A stretch of 64,000 bases of DNA, taken from assembly GCF_964204645.1 (NCBI RefSeq), contig NC_134026.1:28864150-28928149 (forward strand). The letters run 5' to 3'. Shown piece after piece: positions 35,183 through 46,643 of the stretch (positions are counted from its first letter, which is position 1; each line of letters starts with the position of its first letter). Position numbers and translations under genes: made by a program. The DNA is from Tubulanus polymorphus. Taxonomy: Eukaryota > Animalia > Nemertea. The notes under the pieces are model-generated. The model was not told the DNA's origin and made no database searches. It saw nothing but the letters and a program-made list of their open reading frames with translations.

Positions 35183-36683
35183 ATGTCGCTTTATCCATCT
35201 CTTGAAGATATGAAGGTTACACAGATGGCTGTGGTATGTATTTTTGTGAATTTTGCCAACCGCCTAATTTTCACTGGCACCACCAGTACTTATTACTCGT
35301 AATTGACTGCATTTTCTCATTTGACAGGCCCAACACCAACGAGAAAATCCAAATCCAGCATATCCATATCCACAACAGCAGCAGCTGCCTCCTCCTCAAG
35401 CTCCTGGAGGCCAGGTAGTCGCAAACGCACCTCTTTATCCAAGCCTCACTGAATACATGGGTCTGGAACTTCAAGCGCTTGGAGATGCTGTAAGTAAAGT
35501 TTCACTTGTGGGACGTGTAGAGCACTCCGTCGATAGTAAATTAAAGCTTGAAATTAAATGATGACGTTTTTCAGACTGGCTCGTCGGTTGTGAGACAAAC
35601 TCAAAGTGGACAAATGCAGATTGCGCCTATCACTGGTAATAATGTAGGTTTGAAGAGGTCTGAAGTGAAACAGGGCGTACGTGAAGTAATAGCATGCAAA
35701 GATGCGGAAGGAAAAATTGGACTTCGTGTGAGATCAGTTAATAAGGTATTAAGATTCTGGCCAAAAAAAAGTGAATGATGTCACCAGTAATCACAACTTG
35801 AAAAATAACAGATTTATATTTTCGTATGTTAGGGTATTTTCATCGCGTTGGTCCATAGTGGTTCGCCTGCTGCTATGGCAGGTTTGAGATTCGGTGATCA
35901 AATCTTACAAATAAACGGAGAAACAGTAGCGTGCTGGACCACGGATAAAACTATGGATTTCTTGAAGAAATGCGACCCAAAGAGAATAACATTTGCCATC
36001 AGAGACAGGTAAACCACGAAACGGCTCTAATAATTCCACAGTGCAATGGGAGTAGTAAGCTTGTATTTTTCGATGATTGAATTTTTATTTGCAGACCATT
36101 CGAGAGAACTATTACGATGCAGAAGGACAGCGTTGGACAAATCGGATTTATATTTAGAGATGGTTGCGTGAAATCAATTGTGAAAGATTCATCAGCCGCA
36201 CGTAATGGACTCCTCACAGATCACCAGCTATTAGAAATACAAGGCCAAAATGTTGTTGGACTCAAGGTAAGTTTAATATATAGTGAAGACTTGTTAATAA
36301 ACCTCGGTGAACCAGGAAATCTATTCGTTAGAATCGACAAAATATTTTAGTTTGTTATAACAAGGTTCCGCTGTAAATTGAGGCCTAGTTGCTGATATCT
36401 ACTCTTGATGAATGTTTTGGAATTGTTTCTGTTTCTTTTTTACTAGGATAAAGAAATTCAAGACGTATTTGCCGCGCAAGGAGTCACCATAACTATTACC
36501 ATCATCCCCAGATTCATATATGACCATATCGTAAAATGGTACGTATATAAATATTATTGCAGCTTCATTGTGATACTTGATTACAGAATATATGATAATG
36601 AACATTTGTCACTGATTTTGTTTTGCAGCATGGGTTCCAGTTTAATAAAAAAAGTTATGGACCATTCAATTCCGGATCTGTAA
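35183..36683 (+). CDS. SDCBP: Syntenin (tandem PDZ adaptor)
   Basis: [12 protein letters not shown] start, second LYPSL motif, [67 protein letters not shown]-terminus MDHSIPDL; canonical introns. Confidence 0.95.
36281..36373. mobile_element. Tc1/pogo (Tigger-like) MITE remnant in an SDCBP intron
   Basis: TA-flanked; 3' end GTTATAACAAGGTTCCGCTG|TA resembles TCGTTATAACGAGGTTCCACTG|TA at ~55960-55983; 5' end is a degraded inverted copy. Confidence 0.55.
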
Positions 36684-39214
36684 AACTCACACTGTGGTAA
36701 ATGATGCATTCAGTTAAGCCACGTGTTAATGTACATTTTGGAACATCTGATGACATATATTTGTGTAGCCTTGTAGAGCGAGGATATCCAACTACGTATT
36801 TAGGCTCTCTCTCACTTAATAGTCTTAACTTATCTTTCTGAAGTGTATTAGATGGTAGCCTTACTCATAGTATTTTATTTATTTAATATAGCATTAGCAC
36901 GTATAGTGTATTCACTTAATATCAGATTGTAATTAGTAAAGTCATTGTTTTGAATGAGGGTCCTGATCACCATCAGAAATCAGTGACAATTTAATGTATA
37001 AAACGTGATCAACAATTACACAAACTAAAGAATATGTGAAATCCTAGTCGAAATCGAGACACTACAGTTTCATCATTTAAAAGACTTGCGAATTATATAT
37101 TTTACTGATGTATATATTTTTACATGTTTTGTTCAAATTGCACTAAATGTTCTATCAGAAATGTTGAACCATGTATCTGTGATATTTTGTATATTCTCTG
37201 CTGACTTAGATTAAGTAATTGAAATCAAAAACAGGTGACTTAGATTGAGTAATTGAAATCAAAAACAAATTGACAACGATAGTTCATCTGTGTTCAATAT
37301 GATGTAATTGTATTCTTTGACAGATTTTGCGAGATTTTACACTTGGCCCTTGGTCATATGAGTATGCATTTCCTGGAACTTTTTTCAGTAAATACCAGTG
37401 ATAAAGTATGTTATCATTTTGAACAATACTCTTAAATACCATTAACTGGGTTCATTGTAGAATTGGAAAATCACTTGTTGATTGTGTAATATAAAAAGTA
37501 CAATTTCAATCAAACCAAGTATTCAAATTGGTTCTCTGTATGGTCTCCTTTTCATCGTTATTCGGGCAAACTTCTATTTTTGTATTTCGTGGTCGGAGCT
37601 AATAACTGAAAGCAAGCAATACAAAGTGACGGATATCTTGGGACTAGGTCCGAACTATAGCAACCGTAGTCACTTTTCTGCATGACATTCAGTTTCACTC
37701 TGCTTACAAATTAATCGACTAACTACGATAACTGAAGTGAAAAGATATTGACATTCAGTTTGGGACGTTTAACTGATCCTTTAACCATTTTTCATCTAGT
37801 CTAACAAACACGAGAACTACAAACAACTAAATTCATGATATCACATTTTATTGTTTACAGTTAAAGACAAAAACGTCTGCGTACAGCTCACATGCATGCG
37901 TTTTAAGTGGCAGTGAAGCGCCTGAAGTAAAAGGCTGAACAAAATAAGCGCAAGATAGGTTTAGTAAATATGAAATCCAGTGTCTACATACACATGAAGC
38001 TTCACTTAATGTGCAATAAATTGTCGAACCATCAAGGCTGCGCTTAATTCATTACAATACATGCATTACATTTACTAATATATTTCTTCAGAGTTACATA
38101 ATAAATAATTTTCTAATCTACGATATCTTATTGCCTACGAATAAATTAGAAAATGAATCTAAAATAAATAAATATGACAAGACAACTTTCAAACAAAACC
38201 TCAAATAACAATAATAACAGTTATAATAAAAGATTCCATTATAAAACTGTACAACATTGAAATCATTTCTTCAAAATTTAATTTTTCAAGCGATTCATTC
38301 AGCATTCTAAAACAACTTAGAACAAAAATATGTCTTCAATTAGTTAGAATAATGAAATGCCCAAACACCGAAGCCCACAACCCCCGAGCCAACCCTACAA
38401 CTGAAGTATTAAGGTAGCACTGAAGGATATTTCAATAATTGTTATCGAGGCTAATAAATTGTGGCACATGATAAACTACAAAAAAGTAAATGAATACTTT
38501 CACAAAGGATACACTTAAGAAGCAGCTCTAGGTCAGTTCTATTCAGTTCAGCAAAATAACAAGCAAACAAAGATCTTTTATACACCGTAGTTATGACTTG
38601 CATAATAAATACCATCGGTAGATATCAGAGAACATGCGCAAGAAATATCACATTCATTCATGACTTGAACAGAATATACCCTCAATACAGATAGGACAAG
38701 ACAAATTCAGATACCAGTAAATAATTTGTTGCCAATATAGAATTTCATGCCATGATTAGATTCACTTTCCTTCCACAGAGATGATTAGTTTATCACAGAA
38801 ACAACAGACGACAGAGAGTTATCAATATTTTCAAGATGAACACATTATTTCTACTACTCAGTACTGGTGGTAGACATGAATTTTGTATAGTCACATAGAA
38901 GATAATATTGAAACATGAAATGAACATTGAGAGGTATCCATGCATGTGTCTGCTGTCTATCTGCCTGCCTGCCTTACTGGACGGGTTTGCCTCCAGGCTT
39001 ACAAAGCTTTCGTATGGAGAATGCTATTCTCAGTAAGTACTTCAACATTGGATGCATATCTGGTGGTCTGCGAGTAAATATCTAAAGATGATTAGCGAAA
39101 TAGCTGGACAAGCAGACTATTGCTGTTTTTCATATTTAGCAGAGACGTTGTAAAGTTCATTATTTTCTATCACAATATGCATCTGATGCAAGAAATGTTA
39201 CAAATCCGGTTATT

Positions 39215-41217
39215 TCAAACATCTGTAGAGACTGATTTCTGCGTCTGTTTTACATCAGCTTCATGAAGGAAATCAGCAATATCAAAGAAACCCGCTTCAC
39301 CAGCTAACTGTTCACTCGTTTGTCCTTCCTGTACATATAGATTAAACCGAACATTATCCTTCAGAATGCTTCACCCATTCCGATTTTACAGTAATGAATC
39401 CATAATGAGGATAGGATATGCATACCTTATTTTTCAAAGTAAAGTCTGCTTGGTTAGCCACTAATTCTTTAACAACTTTGATATGACCAAACAAAGCAGC
39501 AGCATGAAGTGCACTTTCACCACTCTGTAAATATACAAAAGTACTAAAACAAACTTTCTAAGTAATTCACTTAATGATAACCTCCAAGAATGAAGAGACA
39601 AATTTTCTTCCTAGTAACTTAAATGTCTTTCCACATACAGTGAATTGCTTTTACCTCTAAAAGCCCCAAATTAGGTTTATACGGAAGTAATTCTTGTACA
39701 ACATCCAAATGTCCCTTATGACATGCTTTGAATAAAGGGGTTGCGCCATCCTGAAAAAATAAAATAGAAGATCAATTAATGAGTGTAGTTTGCTGATATT
39801 AAACGCAATTTGGGATTTTCAAGGCTACCTCTCGCACTGCATCAGGTTCAGCTGAATTCTCCAATAACAAACGCGCAATACCAGCATGTCCCATTTGAGC
39901 TGCTATCCAAAGCGGTGATGCTCCATCTTTTCGTTTTAAATTCACATTAGCTCCTTTACTTACTAAATAATTACATAGTTTATAATGACCATTCTGCGTT
40001 GCAATGAATAGCGAAGATGCACCATCAACCATCTGAGCGGATATATCAGCTCCTTTAGATATCAACAATTCAACCACATCTAGATGATTACATTGACAGG
40101 CAACAAACAACGGAGTTCCACCATCCTAAAAATCAAACGCAATTCAAACTCTAAGCTTACATAGATATTACATGATTTTCAATCGCAATATATCAATGGC
40201 TTAAATCAGATATAAAAGGAAATAGTGCAACATTCATGGCCCAAATTCAGAATCAGTTGAAATAAAGCAATTTTTCTACTTAAATATCGGACTCAGAGTG
40301 GCCACATCTAGCAATCTCAACAAATTTCCCTGGGCACAGTTTCACAAAAAGGATTAAGGCCTAAATGGATTTAAGACAAACTGAATTACGGAAGAAATTA
40401 AATTGATTTAAGAGTTAAACCTTTTAGTGAAAATGGGCCCCGACCTTTCCCTGATTTTAAGCTCTTCTTACAAAATTTTTCAAAGAAAGAAAATTCCCGA
40501 CTTTCCCTGAATTTCAAGTAGCCAACGCTGCCACCCTGGGACATTGGTCGAAATGGGATACATACATAGCTCGGTAGATCAACTGGTGCCCCATGATCGA
40601 GTAATTCTTTAACTATATCATAGAATCCTCCTTGTGCGGCAAAGAACAATGCACATGTACCCGTCTATAGTAAAAAATAGAAATTCATCAACAAGAAAGA
40701 AATTTTGCATGTTTTTGGTCAATCAAGCGAGGCATCACCTGCCACATGAACTTACGAGTCTTCGAGCAGCTGGGTCAGCGCCTTGTTCGAGTAATTCTTT
40801 TACACATTCTAAATGGTTATTAGCAGCAGCCAGAATAAGCGGTGATGTACATTCCTGCAAATGGTGAAAGAAATATAGCAAAAATCTGAACAAGTTGGTA
40901 ACGTTCTAGGATGAGAATTCAGCGGTTTGAGTCGAGTCACTCTCGCTTCGTCCATCCACACCAACCTTATCTTTACAGTCAACATGAACCCGACCACTAT
41001 CAAGAACTTTACGCAGCTGTTCTACATTTCCCTGTAAAGCAGCTAAATGTAACTGCTGGTCTGACGGCGTCTCCTTCTACAAAAAACAATATTAAAAGAC
41101 GATACGGACCGCATCGAAACAACTGAATAATAAATTTTGCTTGAATTGATTACATTCGCGCTTCATTCTCATCTAATTTCAATCGTAATTCTCATTTTTT
41201 ACCTTTAATGAAGTCAT
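39215..41217 (-). CDS. ANKRD29: Ankyrin repeat domain-containing protein 29-like; 3' end tentative
   Basis: MTSLK|KETPSDQQLHLAALQGNVEQLRKVLDSGRVHVDCKDK matches the ANKRD29 N-terminus (KKETP..LL.SGRV.VDC.D), followed by ankyrin repeats (ALFFAAQGG, GTPLFVACQCNH, GASPLWIAAQMGH, GATPLFKACHKGH, GESALHAAALFGH). Confidence 0.85.
40332..40440. mobile_element. Short GGGCCC-ended MITE nested in a ttccctga-type element in an ANKRD29 intron
   Basis: Imperfect TIRs GGGCACAGTTTCACAAAAAGG / CCTTTTAGTGAAAATGGGCCC interrupting ttccct|..|gacctttccctga; the host element ends at GCCACCCTG (~40538). Confidence 0.55.
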
Positions 41218-41964
41218 TTCTTAAACAGGTTCACGACAATGAGATTCGACAATGTGCTGAAGGTTGGGGTGAAAAACAAACGTTAGATATATGTCTCTTG
41301 AAATGAATGTAGCTGACGCTAACTCCGCTTGCCAGTGCCAGCACCACTAGCATTAACCCCGCTTGCCAGTGCCATCATCACTCGCTTGCCACAGACCCTG
41401 CTCGCAGGTTACGGTGACGAAGTGTTTGACAATTGTACAAACTCAAGGTCGTAGAGCGAATTCCTGAAGCTGAAACGATTTTCGATGATTTTTTTACATA
41501 AATTGTCATAGGTGATTAGCAAAGCAAATGATGTATATGGCTAAAGGTTTAAAATCATTCATTATTTATTTGAGCATTGCGCTTGAGTTTGAAATTGCCA
41601 CTCATTCAATCATTCAATGCATCATTGAAAATCAAACCAAATCGAATTATAATAAGGTCATGCACTCAAAGTCCAGGCCCCTTGGCCATGTTGGCCTTGT
41701 CCTTGTGACGCAGATAATGGACAATGTTAGGCCTACAGTTAACCAGTGCACAGAGCGGTCAATCACTTGCATGCTGACACTGATATAAAGATATTTTATG
41801 AACACTATGCATCCTCTCTATCATCTTTTGTGACAATCCCTTGTGGTTCTATGTGACAATCCCCTGTAGTCTGTGAGCCACATTAACTCTGCCACATGAT
41901 ACTTATTAACAACATGCTTATTGTAATAATTTCAGAGTCAATGGTTGGGAGAAAGTAATGAAAG

Positions 41965-44006
41965 ATGTTGGCAAAATTGAATCAACGCGCTTTGGCCTAT
42001 TCGGGTGCATCATTGGGAGCCTCGATCGTTCACTCAGTTTTTATGTTTTACTATGTGAAAGTTTTCCTAAATCGTTATCACGTTACAGAGTGGTGGTTCC
42101 AAGTCTCCCAGACGCTATTTCTCATCTGGAATTCAGTGAACGATCCACTGTTTGGTTATTGTCAGGATAACGTGAAGATGAAATGTTTTCAAAGTCGGCG
42201 ATTGATCATACTGAGCGGGTCGTTTCTCTTTTCGCTATCATTCCTGGTTCCGTGGTTTCCATGGACGACCGATCCGAAAAATGAATGGATCGTCGGATTA
42301 CATCTTATCGTAGCTTTATTCTTCTACGACGCTATGTTCACCTATGTATTGATCGCTCATGCTTGTCTATTCGCTGAACTTTCCACAAGTATCGAAGATA
42401 GAATTCGTTTAGTCCGGTATACACGATTTGCCTCATTGATCGGTGGTTTATCCGTGTTTATATGCGAATCAATCTCGAGGAATTTGAAGAATTATCTAGC
42501 GTTCCAGATCACATGCGTTGCTCTCGCGCTGATATCTTGGCAATGCTTTCGTTATACGGGTAACAATTGCCACACTGAATGGGATCTGAAAGCTAAAGAA
42601 GAACACGGCAATGAGGATGCAGTCGCTGACCGCTCAAGTCAATACACCTGGTGGCAGTTGGTTAAACAGCTATTCACGAATCGTAATTTCATCTGTGCAG
42701 TTTTGCTCACTTTATTCTCAGATTTTCATCGTAATTATCTCAGTAATTTCATGGCGATAATTGGCGACAGTTTGCTACCAAATCTTAATTCTGGAACCCG
42801 AAGTGTTTTGTATGGAGCTTCTACGTTTTTACCACAGGTACTGCTCAGAGGACAGTTGCTCGAAAGTTGGTTAGAAATAATGGACGAATACCATGGTAAC
42901 AATTTGAATACAATTTCAATTGTCGCTATGTCATTTATCCACTAGTTAACCAGATATCTAAATTAAAATGTTGATTGTTTCAATTATCCGGTCGTGCTCC
43001 TATCAGCAGATATGTGTTCATATTTTTCAGATTTTGATCATTGTTTCTACTCCACTTCTATCGAAATTTGGATATTACAGAGTAATGGGACTGATGATAT
43101 TATTGAAAATTATGCTTGGTCCCTGTATGTATCTGATTGGTCGATCGTCCATTATATTGTACGCTATATATCTCCTTTTAGAAGGGTAAGACATTTCTGA
43201 ATGATAGGCTTGTTATATTTTCTTTTCGATTCTGATATCCTATGTTTAATACTTAAAGGTGTGTAAGTACATTAGTTGCTGGTCCATTCGCTCTGATGTT
43301 TTCTGATGTCATTGATGAAGACTGTCTTAAATATAAACGGCGGTATGTACATTCATTGAATCAATTATGGATTAGGCTAAACAAAAATGATACCTTGTTT
43401 CTCCGCAGCGGCCGGGTCATTTTTGTAAAATATGATAAAATTTATAAACAGTTCATTTCTATAGCGGCCGGGTCTATTATGGTAAAATTGATCACGATTT
43501 TAAAAAAAGTAATGTATAGGGTAGATAGGCGGCTGGCCGGGTCAACATTTAAGCTCACCAGAGCGGAGAAACAAGGTATCAATTTTTTTTAGCCTTACAG
43601 TCAACCCCCATTCCACTCTAACGCCAGGTTTTTTCTAAAAGAAAGGAACTTCTGTATTTTGTCTTGGAAATTAACGATATACCACTATACTTATCTTTTC
43701 TCTTTCAGCCATCCAATTTCAGCAATGGTGTTTGCAGGAAATGCTCTCATCGTAAAACCTGCGCAGTCATTTGCACCTATGATAACTGTAGCGATTTTCA
43801 ACGCTTATGGTTATGAGAAACTTCCTAAAAATAACGTTTTGTCGGTCGCAGCAGATTCTAGTTTCACGCCGCTATTTGAGACAATGTTTGGATATTCATG
43901 TTGGTTACCATGTGTCATCGGTTTGATACAGATTATATTGTGGAAATGCTTCACAATAAGAGATACACACAAAACTATCCCTGTATACAATGATAATGTT
44001 TGTTAA
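41965..44006 (+). CDS. MFSD13A: MFS-type transporter MFSD13A (TMEM180), 4 coding exons
   Basis: VFMFYYVKVFL..IWNSVNDPLFG, FLVPWFPW, YDAMFTYVLIAHACLFAE, DVIDED..Y.R, PISAMVFAGNALIVKPAQSFAPM. Exons approximately 41965-42837, 43031-43185, 43259-43342, 43710-44006. Confidence 0.88.
43375..43594 (+). mobile_element. 220-bp PIF/Harbinger MITE, copy 2 (MFSD13A intron)
   Basis: Same TIRs as copy 1; TTA target duplication. Confidence 0.92.
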
Positions 44007-44509
44007 TCCATTTGATCATATTCTAATATAATTTGGAAACCTCTTTTGTTAAGTTCTCGTTATCTTTATTCATCCCCGAAAATTCTTTGTATCTTTATGG
44101 GAATTTTTAGGAGCGGATTTAGGTGATGGTCTCGGGGGTCCGGACCTTTGAGGTTGCTCTTTTTTGTCAAGACTAAGATTGTCAAAACCTGCAAATTTGA
44201 TACCTATTCTCTCGGAAATTGCTTATTCCAAGAAATGCCTCTTCTGGACCCCGGCCTTCCAATTTTCCTAGATTTTTGTGTTTTTGGCTTTGAGTGCAGG
44301 GGATGAACTGTGTACGTACTTAAATCATCAAATAAATGTGTGCTTCTCATATGGATTTCATATCCAATATTTTCATACAATGAATCTAATTCATGCGTGG
44401 ACGGTGTCTAATGAATTTCTTTTACAATAGTTTGTTTTAAAACATTCCGTCAAAAAGACTATGATAATGTGAACCATTGTGTTACAAGTTTGAGTTTTGA
44501 AAAAACTAA

Positions 44510-44716
44510 GGCTGGAAATAAAATGATACTTTGTTTCTCACTATCAGCCCGGTCATTTTGTTAACTGCGATGGAAATTGTAATCGGTTCATTCCTATAAC
44601 TGCCGGGCGCTTGCTCATGATTTTTCTAAAAGCAATGTACAGAGTAGATAGGTGGCCTACCGGGTCAACTTTTCAGCTCGGCAGCAATGAGAAACAATGT
44701 ATCAATTTTTCTAGCC
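44510..44716 (+). mobile_element. Diverged 207-bp member of the same PIF/Harbinger MITE family
   Basis: GGCT..AAAATGATACTTTGTTTCTC and GAGAAACAATGTATCAATTTTTCTAGCC termini; TAA target duplication; colinear but much more diverged. Confidence 0.82.
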
Positions 44717-45183
44717 TAATAAGTTATTTTTTATGTATCAAAATCTGATATAAAACTGGTGTTTAAAAATCTGAATATAGTTCGTCTTGATGTGCTTTTA
44801 TGTTTACAATTAATATTATTCTACGTCAGAGAACATATATATGACGTAATAGAAATATGATAGGCTACATTCTAAATAAATGATAAAATAATTCGAAAAT
44901 ATAAGAATTGGATGTTCTTGTCTTACTCTTTCAATACGCTGGTATTTATTTTGCCCGCCTCGAGTCTTCCTATGATGATCGAGAGAACAAAATCGAAGAT
45001 TTTACAGATTAGAACCAAAGAGGGCAAGGCCAACTCGGACTTTTGGGATTCTCCGTTAAAGACTTTCATGGTCGAGGGGTGGGGGGTTAGTGAACTTCTG
45101 ACTTTAGTGGACAAGGATCGGGATCGGTTGCAATTTTGTGCGGACGTTTTTCGTGGACAGCTCCTTTGACAAATAACTCTGAC

Positions 45184-45204
45184 CAGGGAAGTATCACTTC
45201 CCTG
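45184..45204. mobile_element. 21-bp perfect palindrome with a 7-bp target-site-like duplication
   Basis: CTCTGAC|CAGGGAAGT-ATC-ACTTCCCTG|CTCTGAC. Confidence 0.7.
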
Positions 45205-45649
45205 CTCTGACTAAAGTGAAACTAGTTTCTGCGCACTTGCTGACATTTTCCACTCAGACAACAATTTGACGATCCCAGATATTCCGAGTTGGGCGAGGTT
45301 TATTGAATATTGATAAACTAACAGTGTCACATCCACCAACGGTCCAAAGATGCGTTAAAAGAGACTACTAAGGCTGGCGATATTAATCTGAATGAAATGT
45401 GCGTAGATTAGAACCGTCAATATCGAGGCTTGATAACAGTACTTATCAATCCGTGGCATGCGACAAATTTCAGTTTATCGCGCGTTACTGCTTGTTACTG
45501 CGGCAACGCTTAAACAATCATAGGATCTGTATTGACAACCAACACGATCGGATGGTCCCGTTGTTGTTGTAAGTGTACATACTGCCGCTGAGTCGAACTA
45601 ATAGCAATTGCGTTAAGAATATTACTTACTGATAAAATAGAAAAATACA

Positions 45650-46606
45650 ATGGGTTGTAATACGAGTAAAGGGACGACAGTAAATGCTGTAAATGGTACC
45701 GGTGCGGCGGATAATAGACAGAAAGGCGAAGTAAAACCACAAGTAAGAGAGGAATTTCAAAATGATGGAACCAAAATCGAAGACATTCAAAAGGATGAAG
45801 GTAAATTGTTACAATTGCACCAAAATACACGAGCGTCGACATGATTTACATGATTTAAACGCATTACGAATTTGAATTACTATAATCGTAAGATCAAGTA
45901 AGACTCGCGGGAAGCGAACGCTTTCCCACATAAAGATAAACAAATTGTCAATCGAACTAGAGAAAATTTAATATTTTTCCATAATGTTTCCGTTATAACG
46001 AACGAGGCCGTGATGATGTCTACCTGAACTTCATATTAAGTGCTCAATCGGACTAACGTACTGAAATAAATCAACGGAATCATCAACTATCAATTTTACT
46101 GACACAGATTCTATCTATTTTTGGTGATCATAAATAGGGCTTAAGTGATTTAGCATTGTGATTTTAAAACAAAATCAGCGACTGAATCTCAGTGATAGAT
46201 AGACTCAGCTCAGAATTAGCCTTTCTATAGTGATATTTATATATTAATAATACATTCTTGATATTATTATTATTATTATATTCCAAAATGCGACACTATC
46301 ACTGTATGCGCTGAGTTTTCATATTTTCTGCAAGGTAATTCAAAGCTTGCGTCTCCCGGTGCAACAATGTTGTTCGCGAATTTATTCATTAATCAATTCA
46401 TCACTGTTCGATCGTATATGAATAATAAACGGGACGCAAAATTGAAAATCTATATTCCAAATGAAAATTTAATCAGCGTTAATCTTTCACGTCGTCGTAT
46501 ATAGCAGCAGACCGGGCGCCCGTATATCTTTGACTTCGATGCCTGTATCCATGGATTCAAACCTGCTACCAGCAACGACGTAATCCATATATATACGTAT
46601 AATTAT

Positions 46607-46643
<37 letters not shown>

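Noticed and set aside
35183-36683. Functional link between syntenin PDZ domains and the ..THL tail of the giant membrane protein
   Set aside because: Genomic proximity alone does not imply interaction in animals; no supporting evidence in the sequence.
37202-37267. 34-bp tandem duplication in the SDCBP 3' region (and a 21-bp one at ~15742-15783)
   Set aside because: Only two adjacent copies with no spacers; ordinary slippage duplications, not CRISPR-like.
38957-39082. Possible extra terminal exon of ANKRD29 after an acceptor near 39082
   Set aside because: The preceding exon already ends in a stop at 39215 and I found no convincing donor.
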